Position numbers and translations under genes: made by a program
Origin: Piedraia hortae CBS 480.64
Taxonomy: Eukaryota
DNA length: 64,000 bases
NCBI GenBank assembly: GCA_010093745.1
Contig: MU005972.1
Location: 197,170 to 261,169, forward strand
Direction of reading: 5' to 3'
Shown here: piece after piece, positions 11,388 through 24,043 of the stretch
Layout of the letters: each line of letters begins with the position of its first letter
Numbering within the stretch: the stretch's first letter is position 1
The notes under the pieces: generated by a model
What the model saw: only the letters and a program-made list of their open reading frames with translations
What the model was told of the DNA's origin: nothing
Database searches by the model: none

Positions 11388-12394
11388 TCACTCCATCGGC
11401 TTGGGAAACGTCCCCTCAGGGAACCTAACCCCGCTCACCTCCTGCGCAACCCTCTGCTTATAACTAACCCCAAACTCTACCAACTCCTTCGTCCCCAACC
11501 TCTCACCAGGAGTCTCGCTCAACACCCTCAACACAAACTCCACAAACTCACGGTCACTCGCCATGGATGTCTTGGCAATCTCCTCTCTGAAAAACCCCGC
11601 TGTGTAGTCAAAACTCTCATTATCAAAAACCTTCACCGTGAGGAGACTGTAGAGCAAAACTCCAAAGGCATGGATATCGCTCTCCGCGAGCTGGACGTGC
11701 GAGAGATTAGCCTAATGGAAAGGAAGGCTACGCACGGCTCGGACTTCGGGGGCCATGTATCCCGCTGTTCCCGTTGCGCCGAAACTCTCGTGCGCGAAGC
11801 ATGCTAGGCCAAAGTCTCCGAGTTGGATATCCGGGAGGCCGTCACGGTTGCGCTCCGTTCAGCGGAGGAAGATGTTATCGGGTTTAATGTCTCTGTGGAT
11901 GATGGGGCTGTAATTCCTGATTCGGCCTGCGGTGGGGTTCGTAATGTCGAGGATGCTGTGGTGGAGGTAGCCCAGGGCTGAGGCCATCTCGGTGACAAAG
12001 TGGTAGGCGAAGGCATTGAGAGGGTGGGTGCTTTGCTGTTGCCAGTGGAGGATGCTGTCCGTTAGATCGTCACCGGTGCAGCATTCCATTACGATGTTCC
12101 ATTTGGGCAGCGCCTGGGGGGGTTGTTGGAGCCGCGCCAATGGTCGATGCAGCCTGTGATGTTGGCGTGCTTGGCTATGTGTTCCGTTAGCATTTACACT
12201 TCTTTGGGTGTGCGGCCGTCTCGTAGGCCGGGGATCGTCTTGATAACCACGGCTCGTCCGCTGCGGATGTGTGTGGCGAGCAGAGCCTGTCCGCCACCGC
12301 TTTCTGCAAATCGGGTGCGTAGCCGGTACACGCGATCTCCAGCGTCGGGGTCCCGCTGATGGGGCTTGAATATGGTTGTGCAAGAGAATGGCAT
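11388..12394 (-). pseudogene. Protein kinase pseudogene, paralog of 9860..10918
   Basis: Reconstructed frame: GGGQALLATH..VVIK..KEV*MLTEHIAKHANI [frameshift at the G7 run ~12116-12122] [72 protein letters not shown]. Stops at 12194-12196, 11859-11861 and 11712-11714. Confidence 0.9.
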
Positions 12395-13308
12395 CTTTTC
12401 TTGGAAAGAGTGTTTTGGTGAGTGTAGAGTTTTTTTCTGCTTGGATTGACAATTTGGTGGGTATATATATTGTCTGACTTTGAGAATGGGCGTGAATTTT
12501 GTTTTTGGTTGCTGATAAGAAGACGATCGAGTTGGCTTTGTGATAAGGATTAAAAATTGAAAAGGCCAAGTGTGCGCAACAAAGCAGAGTTCCTCGGCAT
12601 GTTGGTGGTACTCGTAAGTCTCCGAAAAGGAGGCCTGAAAGTGAGACCGATACTGCATGCTGGAACACATCATGTTCAATGGGCATCAGATCCCAGGATT
12701 GTTCATCTGTCTGCCAACTTCCAACTTGGGAAATTGAAGACTCCAGAAACACATTCGTCGAGCCCGCTTGACGAATACCTGTATAGTTCAAAGAATATTC
12801 TTTGAATCATCTTGGAAGAGTTTCGTGTCTAGACAAAGTCCTTATATCATGAAGCCTTCGGAGAATTAACCCGACAGGGGAAAATGTCAACCTCTTGGTT
12901 CAATTCCTAGCTGCCCCGTCAACGAGACAAGGAACTTTCGAGACAAGCCCATAAGAAGTCGCAAGAGAAGTTCAGCAGTGTCCAGAACCCCCATCATAGC
13001 TCAGCGTGGAGGACGTCCAAGCCATGCTTGATCAGATGAAGAAAATTGTCTTCCTTGAATTGTCAAAGTGCCTTCAATCCGCGTCAAATGCGGGTCGATC
13101 AGACACAAGGAATCCAGTCCGCTATACCAAGGATCCGCTGTATCTAAGCGCGAAAGACCAAATGGGTGCGCCATATATTTATTCCCATACGTCATATTGC
13201 AAACAAAGTTCAAAGTTCCAGCAACCGATGCACTAGCTTACCCCGGCCCGACCCGTCGTCCTCCATCATCATCATCATCACCCAAACTTCAAAAAAGTCT
13301 CCCTCTAC

Positions 13309-14189
13309 ATGTCAACAGCACTTGTCCGACCATCCGTGGTCCTCAAACCCCTCACCCGGTCTCCGGCCTTTCGCCATGTCTCCGCAAAGCGAGCCATTTC
13401 CGCACGCACCAAGATGGCCGGGTTGGCAGCGCAACCCTCCCTGGCGGTGCGCCAGAAAGAAGACCTCGCACGACGGATGGAGGGCGGTAGCGTCGATGAC
13501 TTTGGGCTTTTACCCGAGACGATAATCATGCCGAGGCAGAGGCCGGGGTGGATTGAGAATTTCAGTGAACGGTGGGCGATGGAAAAAGTTCGGTTGAGGA
13601 TCAGGTTGAGGGATGTTATGGGGTAGGTTTGATGATGAAGTGTTTTGGGAAGGTTAATGATCGGGATAGGTTGTTTTATTATAAATACCTGTTCGCTACG
13701 CCGAGACCGGTTCTGGGGGTTGGGAATATTGCCTCGACGGCGAAGCAGTTGCATGAGGAGATGTATACGCAGTTGGCAAAAGGGGATTTGGCGCCCGTGG
13801 AGAAGGTGCTCTGTGATGGAATTGCGAAGAGTCTGCAGTCAAGGGTCTCGTCGCGGCCACGGAATCAGATTATGGAGTGGACTTGTCATTCGCATGTCAA
13901 AAGGCCGAGGATCGTGAGTTTACGACAGTCGCCGTTGCCTGTGTTTATGGGGAAGAGTGAGAAGGGGAAGAGGGTGGCAATAGTACAGGCTGTCGTGAGA
14001 TTGCACACTGTTCAATCACTCATGAGGAGGAGCAAAGACGGAAAGAAGGGCTGGATACAGGACAAGCCAAAGGAACGGATTGAATATCTTGTCCTTCAGC
14101 GCATGATGCGGAACAGTATCCAGGGACCGTGGAAGGTCTGGGGAACGACGGAAGAGACTCGGCCAGAAACGTTGCTGCAGCTGGCATAA
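13309..14189 (+). CDS. Mitochondrial Tim44-like domain protein (Mba1/mL45-like), intron 13623-13669
   Basis: Basic presequence-like N-terminus and DDFGLLPETII. After splicing: AKQLHEEMYTQLAKGD..LCDG..EW...QAVVRLHTVQSL..IEYLVLQR..PWKVWG. Confidence 0.7.
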
Positions 14190-14340
14190 GAAAGGGTCAC
14201 ATCGTTAGGAACGCAGACGCGACTACCTAATAGTGTTAATGGCAAACAGTCGTAACCATGTCGGAATTGGCCCTCAACAGCGGCGCCTTTCGTCTCTCAT
14301 CAGCTTCTCCCCCGCGGCGCGTGTTGTGTTTTCTGTGGCT

Positions 14341-14888
14341 TTAGAAGCCGTGTACCTTGATGGTCTTGGCGTCAAGTTCGAGGCCTTCTTTCTTATCCAT
14401 CAAAAATTCTTGAACATCCTTGCGCTGGTCTCCCTGCAACTGGATCACCTCACCCATATCGCTGTCATTGACAATGGTTCCATTGCACGCGAACTTCTTC
14501 TTGATCACCTTGAGAATCTTCTTCTGGTCAAACTTCTTGGGCAGACCCTGCACAGTAGTCAAGGTTTTGCGTCCATTGCGCTCTGTTCATAGTCAGCCTA
14601 ACTGCGTTGCTCCATTGATAGCAGATTCTTACGTTGGATACGGATGTGGACGTAGTTCTGGGCCTGCTTTTGCGTTTCTCCTTCGCCCTCATCTACCCGT
14701 CGTCAGCCTTGCCATACTCGGCAACGCAAAAGTACTGACCAGCCTCGGCAAAGGGGTCCTACAGGCATTAGCAACTAACCGCGACTATAGGCACTGGAGG
14801 ACAACTTACAAATGACTTGAGGTTCTCGATGTTGGACCTGCGCACGCTGTTAGCCTCCTAGAGCTGCACCTGGGATGCGAACTTGCAT
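14341..14888 (-). CDS. SUI1: Translation initiation factor eIF1, 4 introns (the first is GC-AG and splits the ATG)
   Basis: Spliced product MSNIENLKSFDPFAEADEGEGETQKQAQNYVHIRIQQRNGRKTLTTVQGLPKKFDQKKILKVIKKKFACNGTIV...IQLQGDQRK...IKVHGF. Confidence 0.97.
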
Positions 14889-15062
14889 AAAACGCGATTT
14901 CCGATACAGTCACTCAAGTACGAGGAGGGTAGGCGGTGTGGCGTGGTCTGCGGAGTATTAATCTGATGGCGCAAGGACGAAGTGATCGGTGTGTCGTGGC
15001 GTGATTTGGGAGGAAGCGTTTGTCGTTCTCCCCCTCTAGCGGGGCACCCTGCACGGACCCTG

Positions 15063-15090
15063 TGACGTCATGTCATGATTCATGACTCAT
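15063..15090. promoter_or_regulatory. bZIP-type sites upstream of SUI1: CRE palindrome TGACGTCA (15063-15070) and Gcn4/CpcA-type ATGACTCAT (15082-15090)
   Basis: Exact consensus matches ~175-200 bp upstream of the SUI1 start. Function is not demonstrated. Confidence 0.5.
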
Positions 15091-15203
15091 GATCACCCGC
15101 TGATCCAACCGCATTGCAGCGGGAACCACAAACACGTGAATTTCCCAATATAGACCCCACCATCATTTTATCGTCTAGATGCCATAACCTCATAGGTAAT
15201 CAT

Positions 15204-16977
<1,774 letters not shown>

Positions 16978-17241
16978 CTTATCAGGTGGATTAGTCGGGG
17001 AGAGTCACAGGTCTAACTACCCCTGACATGAAGCTTTTATGATGCAAATGCCTCCACTAAGGAATCCCAAGCGACCAATGAAAAACGCCATGTTAAAGAA
17101 AAATTTGATACGGGAGCCAAGACACTGCACAGCTCGAGCCCCGCTTCAGCTAACCCACATCTCTACATAACATTGTCTGATGCACTTCAACGCCATAACT
17201 ACTATGCACATTACCCGGGACACCTCCAACCACTCTACAAG

Positions 17242-18138
17242 TCACCGTGATTCAAGGCCAGCGCTGACACCGTCGAGAAGCTGCTGCGGGTCCTGCTGCT
17301 CTTTTTGCGACTGCAAGAACATTGCGTAACGCGAACGCTTGTTGTGAATGCCGCACTCCGTCTTTTGACGCCCTCTCCACCGGCCGGCTCGCTCATCTTC
17401 GCTTTCTGTCACAGGCTGGGTCGAGTGCCAGTCACCAATGGACCGATAGCCTTGGTCCAGGAGGTCATTTGTGGGCACATTGTTCTCTCGGATATACGTT
17501 TGGACTTGCTTGAATGTCCAGTTGGCGAGCGGATTCACCTTGATGAGCCCCGTCTCTTCTTCCACCTCGATGATGTCAAGATCGCCGCGTTTGCCGCCTT
17601 GGGACCGTCTCCGACCGGTGATGACAGCCTTGACGTCCAGTTCCCGGTATGCCCGTTGTGCGGGCTCGACCTTGGCAACCCAGTCGTACTTCTCCTCATC
17701 TGCTTCCCACAATCGCTCGCCATATGTCTTCTCAAACTCTGCCGTCGTCTCACACCCTTCAGGCTTGAATGTGTGGATGCTCAAATTTGGGTACCGTTGC
17801 TTTACCCTCTCGACAAGATCAAGCGTCTGTGGGAAATGATACAAGGTGTCGAGGAATATTAACTCAATATTGGGCTTGATGGTGAAATCTAATTTGGAGA
17901 TCATGTCCATGATGGCCAGACCGGTCAGGCCAAAGGCGGATGTCTGCCAAAGCTGGGGAAGAGAAGTTAAGCACCATTTCAGAACATCTTCTGGCTCGAG
18001 TTCAGACAATTGCTTGTTGATGAACTTCAGATGAGGCTTGGTGAAGTAAACCTCTGGAAGATTGCACGTCGACGAGGCAGACGCGTAGCCGCTCTCGGGC
18101 TCCTGATCTGGAGAACTGGATCGGTGACGGAGAACCAT
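17242..18138 (-). CDS. MET16: PAPS (phosphoadenylyl-sulfate) reductase
   Basis: QTSAFGLTG, FLDTLYHFPQT, TGRRRSQGGKR, KVNPLANW, GYRSIGDWHST, ERAGRW and ECGIH motifs. Confidence 0.97.
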   Translation of the reverse strand: MVLRHRSSSPDQEPESGYASASSTCNLPEVYFTKPHLKFINKQLSELEPEDVLKWCLTSLPQLWQTSAFGLTGLAIMDMISKLDFTIKPNIELIFLDTLYHFPQTLDLVERVKQRYPNLSIHTFKPEGCETTAEFEKTYGERLWEADEEKYDWVAKVEPAQRAYRELDVKAVITGRRRSQGGKRGDLDIIEVEEETGLIKVNPLANWTFKQVQTYIRENNVPTNDLLDQGYRSIGDWHSTQPVTESEDERAGRWRGRQKTECGIHNKRSRYAMFLQSQKEQQDPQQLLDGVSAGLESR

Positions 18139-19059
18139 GTTGGAAGATGTGCTTTCAAACCCAAAGAGCATTGAAGAACTGGGAAGATGGAAACCAGAAA
18201 GAGAGGAAGAGGAGGATGGTAAAGGAGATGTCTTTTTCCCGAGTCTATATCCCTACGGCATGCTTTGAAATCCCTTCAAAAGATTCGGCAATCGAGCAAT
18301 CACGCAATTTTACGCTTTTCCTAATCGAGACGTGACACAATGGGAACAATTTCCTCCCAAACTGGCGCCATCATCGCTTTGAACAATGAAAAGACTACAG
18401 AGGACCTTAGCGAACATTTTCCGGCACTGCTGAATGGCAATGGCACCTTGAACGGTGAGATTTTGACAATAGTCGCTCGTGGTCGACTTCCGCAGACCCA
18501 CCCGCACCGATGGCGTGCTACATCGATGACGTCTTTGTGTGGACATGACCCGGATTCAGAATGACGTGATTCTGGCATTCTTCACCTTGAACTTTATTCA
18601 GAGCTTCTCCCTTCGGTCGCAGTGAGTTGACTGCTGTTACGGATGTGACACAGATCCTCCAGAACTGATTGTTGAGCCCTGGGCAAAATGAAAAGTGACG
18701 AGTCGGAAGAAACTATTATTAGTCACAAAAAGGTACGGTTCCTGACTGTGGCCATCGCACGATTATAAATGCCGCTTTGTTGGATAGAGAAAGCTACTCT
18801 CATCAGGACAAAATGTCGAAAAGGAAGAAGAATCGAGCCCAGAACGTATAACGAACGCGTAGACCTTTTAGACAGAAAAGCACATGAAGAGAAAAAAAAA
18901 GGCAGTTCAGCCTCAGGGGGAACGCCCAGAAGGAATGGAGCCGCTAGGGTCGGGCCGTACTGGCCGAGCCGATCTGCATGACGTAGGCTACGGATTCTGA
19001 CAGTAACCCAACGTCACCCACCGAATCGAAAAACTTCCTAGTAACAGATATCCGAAGCC

Positions 19060-19508
19060 ATGTCCGACGCAGACTTAGAGGCCATTCGCGCAGCCCGTCT
19101 TCAAGAACTTGAATCGCAACACGGCTCATCGAATGGGCCCCAAAATGACGAGAAAGAGCAGCAAAAGTATCAACTTTCCTTGAATATCGGAAAAAGTTCT
19201 AACAGTGAAACAGGGCCCGCCAAGCGGAGATACGGACTTCAATCCTCTCCCAGATCCTGGAGCCCGCGGCGGCTGATCGTTTGGGACGCATCAGAATAGT
19301 CAAAGCTTCGCGAGCAGAAGATGTGGAGAATAGGCTGATAATGATGGCACGGAGCGGGCAGTTGCGACAGAGGATTACAGAGGAGCAGCTAAAGGACATC
19401 CTCAATGCTGTGAGTGAGCAACAGGAAAAGGCTGAAAAGGTTACGGTGCAGAGGAGGAAAGGCGGATGGGATGATGATGACTTGGACGATTTGCTTGATG
19501 AAACGTAG
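19060..19508 (+). CDS. PDCD5-family (Sdd2-like) DNA-binding protein; intron 19167-19213
   Basis: MSDADLEAIRAARLQEL...SILSQILEPAAADRLGRIRIVK..RAEDVENRLIMMARSGQLRQRITEEQLKDIL. Confidence 0.9.
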
Positions 19509-19570
19509 GATGGGAAACCCTCTACGATGAATTGAACGACTCTATTAATACCCCTCGACGTGGAAAAGCA

Positions 19571-20341
19571 CTATGGCTGGACAGCAGCGGTCTGAGACTT
19601 TTTCAACTTCTTCCGTAATTCCCTCAAATCGGGCGGCATTTCTATGCCCAACCTCTGCCTGAGTTCATCCACATCCGTCTCCAACTCCTCTTCCCAATAA
19701 ACATTGATAACAAGCTCAGCATTTAAGCCGTTCCTCACCGCCCACGGAAAGTAAGTCTTAAAGAACCTCTTCCGCTGCACAGCATTCAGACGGAGAATAG
19801 CCGCCATAGACAGTCCCGTCATTGGGAGAAGGGTATTCGCAAACTCAAACGCCTTTACAGCCAATTCACCCTCAATAATAACAGGCAAACCCGTGATTGC
19901 ATGAGTGAAATCGTGAGTCTCTCTGTATCGTTGCATAACATAGGCCTCTTCTGCATCATCAATATACCTGACCGGATCCCTGGTATCAGGCGTGACGCCC
20001 TCGCGGTCCAACCAGGCCACATATGCCCTTCCCACTGTATGCTCCGGCAACTTCCGCAGCTCGTCTATGCGCATGCTCTTGCTCGTTATACGCGGTCTAT
20101 CACGCAAGATTCGGCGTCCGGTGGGATTAGACAGCATGGAGTGTCGCAGACGGGAGATGAAGTAGGGCTGCGCCGTCACTTCCCCTAGCACGGCAATGAG
20201 ATCATGGCGGTAGGGATTCCTCAGTGACCCAATTGCTGAACCGACAGCTAACGCTCCGCGTTCTGTCCATGTTAGAGGCACGTGGCCGGGATAGTTTGGT
20301 GGTGGTCGATGGAGGACGGAAAAGGTTCTGCAAACTTTCAT
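19571..20341 (-). CDS. COQ4: Ubiquinone biosynthesis protein Coq4
   Basis: [31 protein letters not shown]...[10 protein letters not shown] (HDxxH..E metal motif) and NVYWEE. Confidence 0.96.
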   Translation of the reverse strand: MKVCRTFSVLHRPPPNYPGHVPLTWTERGALAVGSAIGSLRNPYRHDLIAVLGEVTAQPYFISRLRHSMLSNPTGRRILRDRPRITSKSMRIDELRKLPEHTVGRAYVAWLDREGVTPDTRDPVRYIDDAEEAYVMQRYRETHDFTHAITGLPVIIEGELAVKAFEFANTLLPMTGLSMAAILRLNAVQRKRFFKTYFPWAVRNGLNAELVINVYWEEELETDVDELRQRLGIEMPPDLRELRKKLKKSQTAAVQP

Positions 20342-20386
20342 TGTTGGTGTTTCTTATGTCTGTGGGGGGTGCAAACTACAGGCTTG

Positions 20387-21475
20387 ATGAAGAACCTTCT
20401 ATGTAGGGTATATACACGGAGACTTTTCATGCATACAGCAAATGGTGACTCCAGAGAAGCGCAGCAACGCATTCACCTTGTTGGCATAGGAAGCATTGGG
20501 AAGCTGGTGGCCCATTCGCTTCGGAGTTCGAAGAACCCACCCCCTGTCAGCCTCATCTTCCACCGAGAGAATTTGCTGAAAGCGTGGAATGGAAAAGTCA
20601 CCATTTGTCGGGACGGCATCGAGACCAGTGCCACCGGCTTCGATGTCGAGCTGAATAGCCAGAGCCACGAGGCTATTCATAATCTAATCGTTACATCAAA
20701 AGCTCACTTGACAGCATCAGCACTTTTGCCTATTAGACATCGTATCCTCCCAACAACATCTATTTGTCTGCTACAAAATGGTCTGGGCGTTGTCGAAGAG
20801 ATCAAAAGGAAGGTCTTCCTAGATGAGCGCACACGGCCAATTTTCATCCAAGGCATCATTACCCATGGCGTCAACGTACCCTTTACGATTGCACAGAAGG
20901 ACACATTTTACGCTGTACATGCTGCTCAAGGCACCGTCTCCCTGGGCTTGCTCAAGGCCAATCACCAGAAACCAAATCATCTGATAAAAGTTCTCGAGCG
21001 GACTGGAGCTCTGCAAGCAGCCGACATCGACCCTTCTGAGCTGTTTAAGCAGCAGTTGGAGAAGCTGGTGGTGAATGCCATCATCAATCCACTAACATCA
21101 CTTGTCGACGACTGCAACGTGTGCATCTGCAGTTCTCCCATGCTGAGAGACACCATTCAACTCGTGATCGCCGAGATAGGGTCAGTCATCCGCGCCCTAC
21201 CAGAGCTTTCTGCCAAGGCACATAAACAGCGATTCAGCGATGAGCATCTATTCAACCTCGTCATGTCGGTCGCAGACAAGACGCGGACCAATATCAGCTC
21301 CATGCTGGCTGACATTCGCGCTGGACGCCAAACAGAAATCGAATACATCAACGGCTATATCATCAACAGGGCCAAGACATTGGGTATATCGTGCCCTACT
21401 AACACTGCGATAATGCACACCGTCCTGGCCAAATCGATTGCTGCTCATCAAAGAAGAGTGGCAAACGACAGATGA
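20387..21475 (+). CDS. 2-dehydropantoate 2-reductase (ketopantoate reductase, PanE/ApbA family)
   Basis: IHLVGIGSIG Rossmann motif, LLQNGLG, KLVVNAIINPLT and NISSMLADIRAGRQTEIEYINGYI. The start is 20387 or 20429. Confidence 0.9.
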   Translation: MKNLLCRVYTRRLFMHTANGDSREAQQRIHLVGIGSIGKLVAHSLRSSKNPPPVSLIFHRENLLKAWNGKVTICRDGIETSATGFDVELNSQSHEAIHNLIVTSKAHLTASALLPIRHRILPTTSICLLQNGLGVVEEIKRKVFLDERTRPIFIQGIITHGVNVPFTIAQKDTFYAVHAAQGTVSLGLLKANHQKPNHLIKVLERTGALQAADIDPSELFKQQLEKLVVNAIINPLTSLVDDCNVCICSSPMLRDTIQLVIAEIGSVIRALPELSAKAHKQRFSDEHLFNLVMSVADKTRTNISSMLADIRAGRQTEIEYINGYIINRAKTLGISCPTNTAIMHTVLAKSIAAHQRRVANDR

Positions 21476-21539
21476 CGTCCACGACGGAACCCTTCCGCGC
21501 ACCGAAAGCATCGGCCATGGAAGCGAAGGCGGCCAAGGA

Positions 21540-23468
21540 ATGATTCGCCTCCCTCGGGCAGTATGTGCAAGACAGCTTATTTCCAAAGACGGAATCCAGC
21601 GCAAACAATTCTCGTCCCTGCACTGCCTTAGAAACGGTCGATTCGAGCCACTGCGACCACCAACTCCAAGCTCACTCGGCAAGCCCGCCCCGCCGAAAGA
21701 GTACCTCAAGACGCGCAAATGGGCGCGGAGACTCTTCCGTAGCGGCCTCGCCGTAGCAACAATCTGGGGCCTCGATGTCTACCTTTACGACTCCAGCCTC
21801 TCGCGCAGCTTCCGTACATTCAGCGTCGGGCTGCTGGTGGCGTTGGACTATCAGATCAACTTCAGGCCGGATCCGTGGATAGGACAAAGTGCCGCCGATG
21901 TGCACGCGCGCGCTGCGCACAGGGTGTTCAACCTGCTTCGTGAAAATGGAGGGCTGTATCTCAAGATCGGCCAGGCTATAGCCATGCAAAGCGCCATTTT
22001 GCCGCCGGAGTTTCAGAAGATGTTTGCAAAGATGTTTGATGATGCGCCGCAGAATAGCTGGAAGGATGTTGAGGAGGTTGTGCGTGAGGATTTTGGGGGG
22101 AGGAGCGTGGAAGAGGTTTTTGGTGTTGGTTTTACGGGTGAGAGGGGCAAGGGGGCTATAGAGAAGAAGGCTAGAGCCAGCGCCAGTGTTGCTCAGGTTC
22201 ATTGGGCTCGCTTGACTGATGGTAGAGAGGTTGCTATCAAGGTGCAGAAGCGGGAGATTGCGAGACAGGTTGGATGGGATCTGTGGGCCTTTGGCGTGGT
22301 CAGCAAGGTCTATACCTGGTGGTTTGATCTGCCGCTCTATCATCTCGTGCCGTATGTGTCGGAGCGGCTAATGCTGGAAACTGACTTTCAGAATGAGGCG
22401 AAGAATGCAGAGGAGATGAGACGTCTTGTCCAGGGTGAGCGAAGGCTCAGAGACTGCGTATATGTGCCCAAAGTCTACAATGATCTGAGCAGCAAGAGGG
22501 TGCTGACGGCCGAGTGGATAGAGGGGGTTCGGCTCTGGGATAAGGAGGGAATCACGGGTAAATGGTACGGCGGCTACGGCAAAGGCTCTCCTGGTGCTGG
22601 TGGCCAACCGCTTGGTAAGTATCAATCACCGGGTAAACCTCCCAGAGACGCTTGGCGAGGGCCAAACGGCAACGGTGGGCTTGGCCTCTCACTGCGCGAC
22701 GTGATGCAGACTATGGTCGACTTGTTCAGCGCCCAGATGTTCCTGTGGGGCGTCGTACATTGCGATCCGCACCCGGGAAACATCTTCATCCGTCGACTGC
22801 CTGCAGGCAAGCCCGAGCTGGTGCTGATCGATCACGGCCTGTATATTCACATGAGCGATAAGTTCCGTCGTCAATATGCATTGTTCTGGCGTAGTCTAAT
22901 AACTATGGACCATGCAACGGTCGAGCGCATCGCCCGCGATGATTGGGGCATCGATGCGCCAGAGCTGTTTGCCAGCGCTACGCTCTTGCGGCCATACGAA
23001 GGAGGCCAAAACTCGATATCCGATGAGATTCGGCGACTGAGCAAGACAGAACAGCGGCATCGGCAGTATGAGATGCAGCAGCAAATGCGAAAGGGAATCA
23101 AACAAGTCCTCGCCAACCAGGACAAGTTCCCACAGGAACTCGTCTTCATTGGCCGCAACATGCGCATCGTCCAGGGCAATAACCAGTTCCTCGGCAGCCC
23201 CGTGAACCGCATCAAGATTACAGGCATCTGGGCCAGCAGAGCGCTTGCCGAGGACCGTCAACTCGCAACGGGCCAACATTGGCAACAGTTTGGCCTTCAT
23301 CTGGCCACCTACCTCTCTCTCTTCGCCCTAGACGTGATCTTCTACTTGTCCAAGTTAAAACAGATGCTGGGCTTTGGCCGAGGCCCAGAAGACGACCTCG
23401 AGCAGACCATGAAGAACATGGCCCAGGGCGTCGGCGTTGAGCTGCAACACGGCGTCTTCGAGGGCTGA
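21540..23468 (+). CDS. ABC1/UbiB atypical kinase (ADCK1/Mcp2-Cqd2-like), probably mitochondrial
   Basis: GGLYLKIGQ (KxGQ), ASASVAQVH, VAIKVQ, ETDFQNEA, HCDPHPGN and LIDHGLY motifs. Confidence 0.9.
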   Translation: MIRLPRAVCARQLISKDGIQRKQFSSLHCLRNGRFEPLRPPTPSSLGKPAPPKEYLKTRKWARRLFRSGLAVATIWGLDVYLYDSSLSRSFRTFSVGLLVALDYQINFRPDPWIGQSAADVHARAAHRVFNLLRENGGLYLKIGQAIAMQSAILPPEFQKMFAKMFDDAPQNSWKDVEEVVREDFGGRSVEEVFGVGFTGERGKGAIEKKARASASVAQVHWARLTDGREVAIKVQKREIARQVGWDLWAFGVVSKVYTWWFDLPLYHLVPYVSERLMLETDFQNEAKNAEEMRRLVQGERRLRDCVYVPKVYNDLSSKRVLTAEWIEGVRLWDKEGITGKWYGGYGKGSPGAGGQPLGKYQSPGKPPRDAWRGPNGNGGLGLSLRDVMQTMVDLFSAQMFLWGVVHCDPHPGNIFIRRLPAGKPELVLIDHGLYIHMSDKFRRQYALFWRSLITMDHATVERIARDDWGIDAPELFASATLLRPYEGGQNSISDEIRRLSKTEQRHRQYEMQQQMRKGIKQVLANQDKFPQELVFIGRNMRIVQGNNQFLGSPVNRIKITGIWASRALAEDRQLATGQHWQQFGLHLATYLSLFALDVIFYLSKLKQMLGFGRGPEDDLEQTMKNMAQGVGVELQHGVFEG

Positions 23469-23493
23469 TGTATACACCTAATGTTTGAGACAT

Positions 23494-23527
23494 GGAAACC
23501 AACCCAGAGCGGAAACCAACCCAGAGC
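23494..23527. repeat. 17-bp tandem duplication GGAAACCAACCCAGAGC x2
   Basis: Read directly, just 3' of the ABC1 kinase stop codon. Confidence 0.9.
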
Positions 23528-23685
23528 AGAACACAATTAGCCATAAGAAGCATCTCTATGACCAACTTCCCTACTCCCATTTATGCATTTGCGCATCATC
23601 CACACATCATTCTCGAGCGTCCGTCGAGGATTAATGCGTCTTCGTCATCCCCTCCACACACATCACCCATCACATCAGCGTAGGT

Positions 23686-24043
23686 TTACTTCTTCCGGTA
23701 CGAGCTCCCCTCGGTGAGACGCGCCTTTCCGCCAGACGGTTGGCACAGAACCTGCGTGCAGCCTGTGCAGACAACGACGGTTTGGGCGTGGGAGAAGACA
23801 GTTGTAATGGTAAAGCAACCGGGGCACTTGACGTCCATGAAGTAGGAGCGGGGGCCGGGGACGAGCGTCTGTTATCGAAACCATTAGCAACATCCCTCTT
23901 CCGGTAGATAACACTACCCACCTTGAGCTTGTGTTTGCGAGCTTCGGCCTGGGGGCTCGGGTTGAGAAGATCTTGCGCGAGAACCTGTACGGCTTGTGTT
24001 AGTAGGATCGCTCCGCGCCGCGCGGCGAGGGTTCAAGTACCAT
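23686..24043 (-). CDS. RPS27: 40S ribosomal protein S27 (eS27), 2 introns
   Basis: ATG|intron|[81 protein letters not shown]. Confidence 0.97.

Noticed and set aside
11859..11861. In-frame TGA at a Trp position as evidence of an alternative genetic code or readthrough
   Set aside because: The same gene also has TAA, TAG and a frameshift, and neighbouring genes use TGA as a normal stop.
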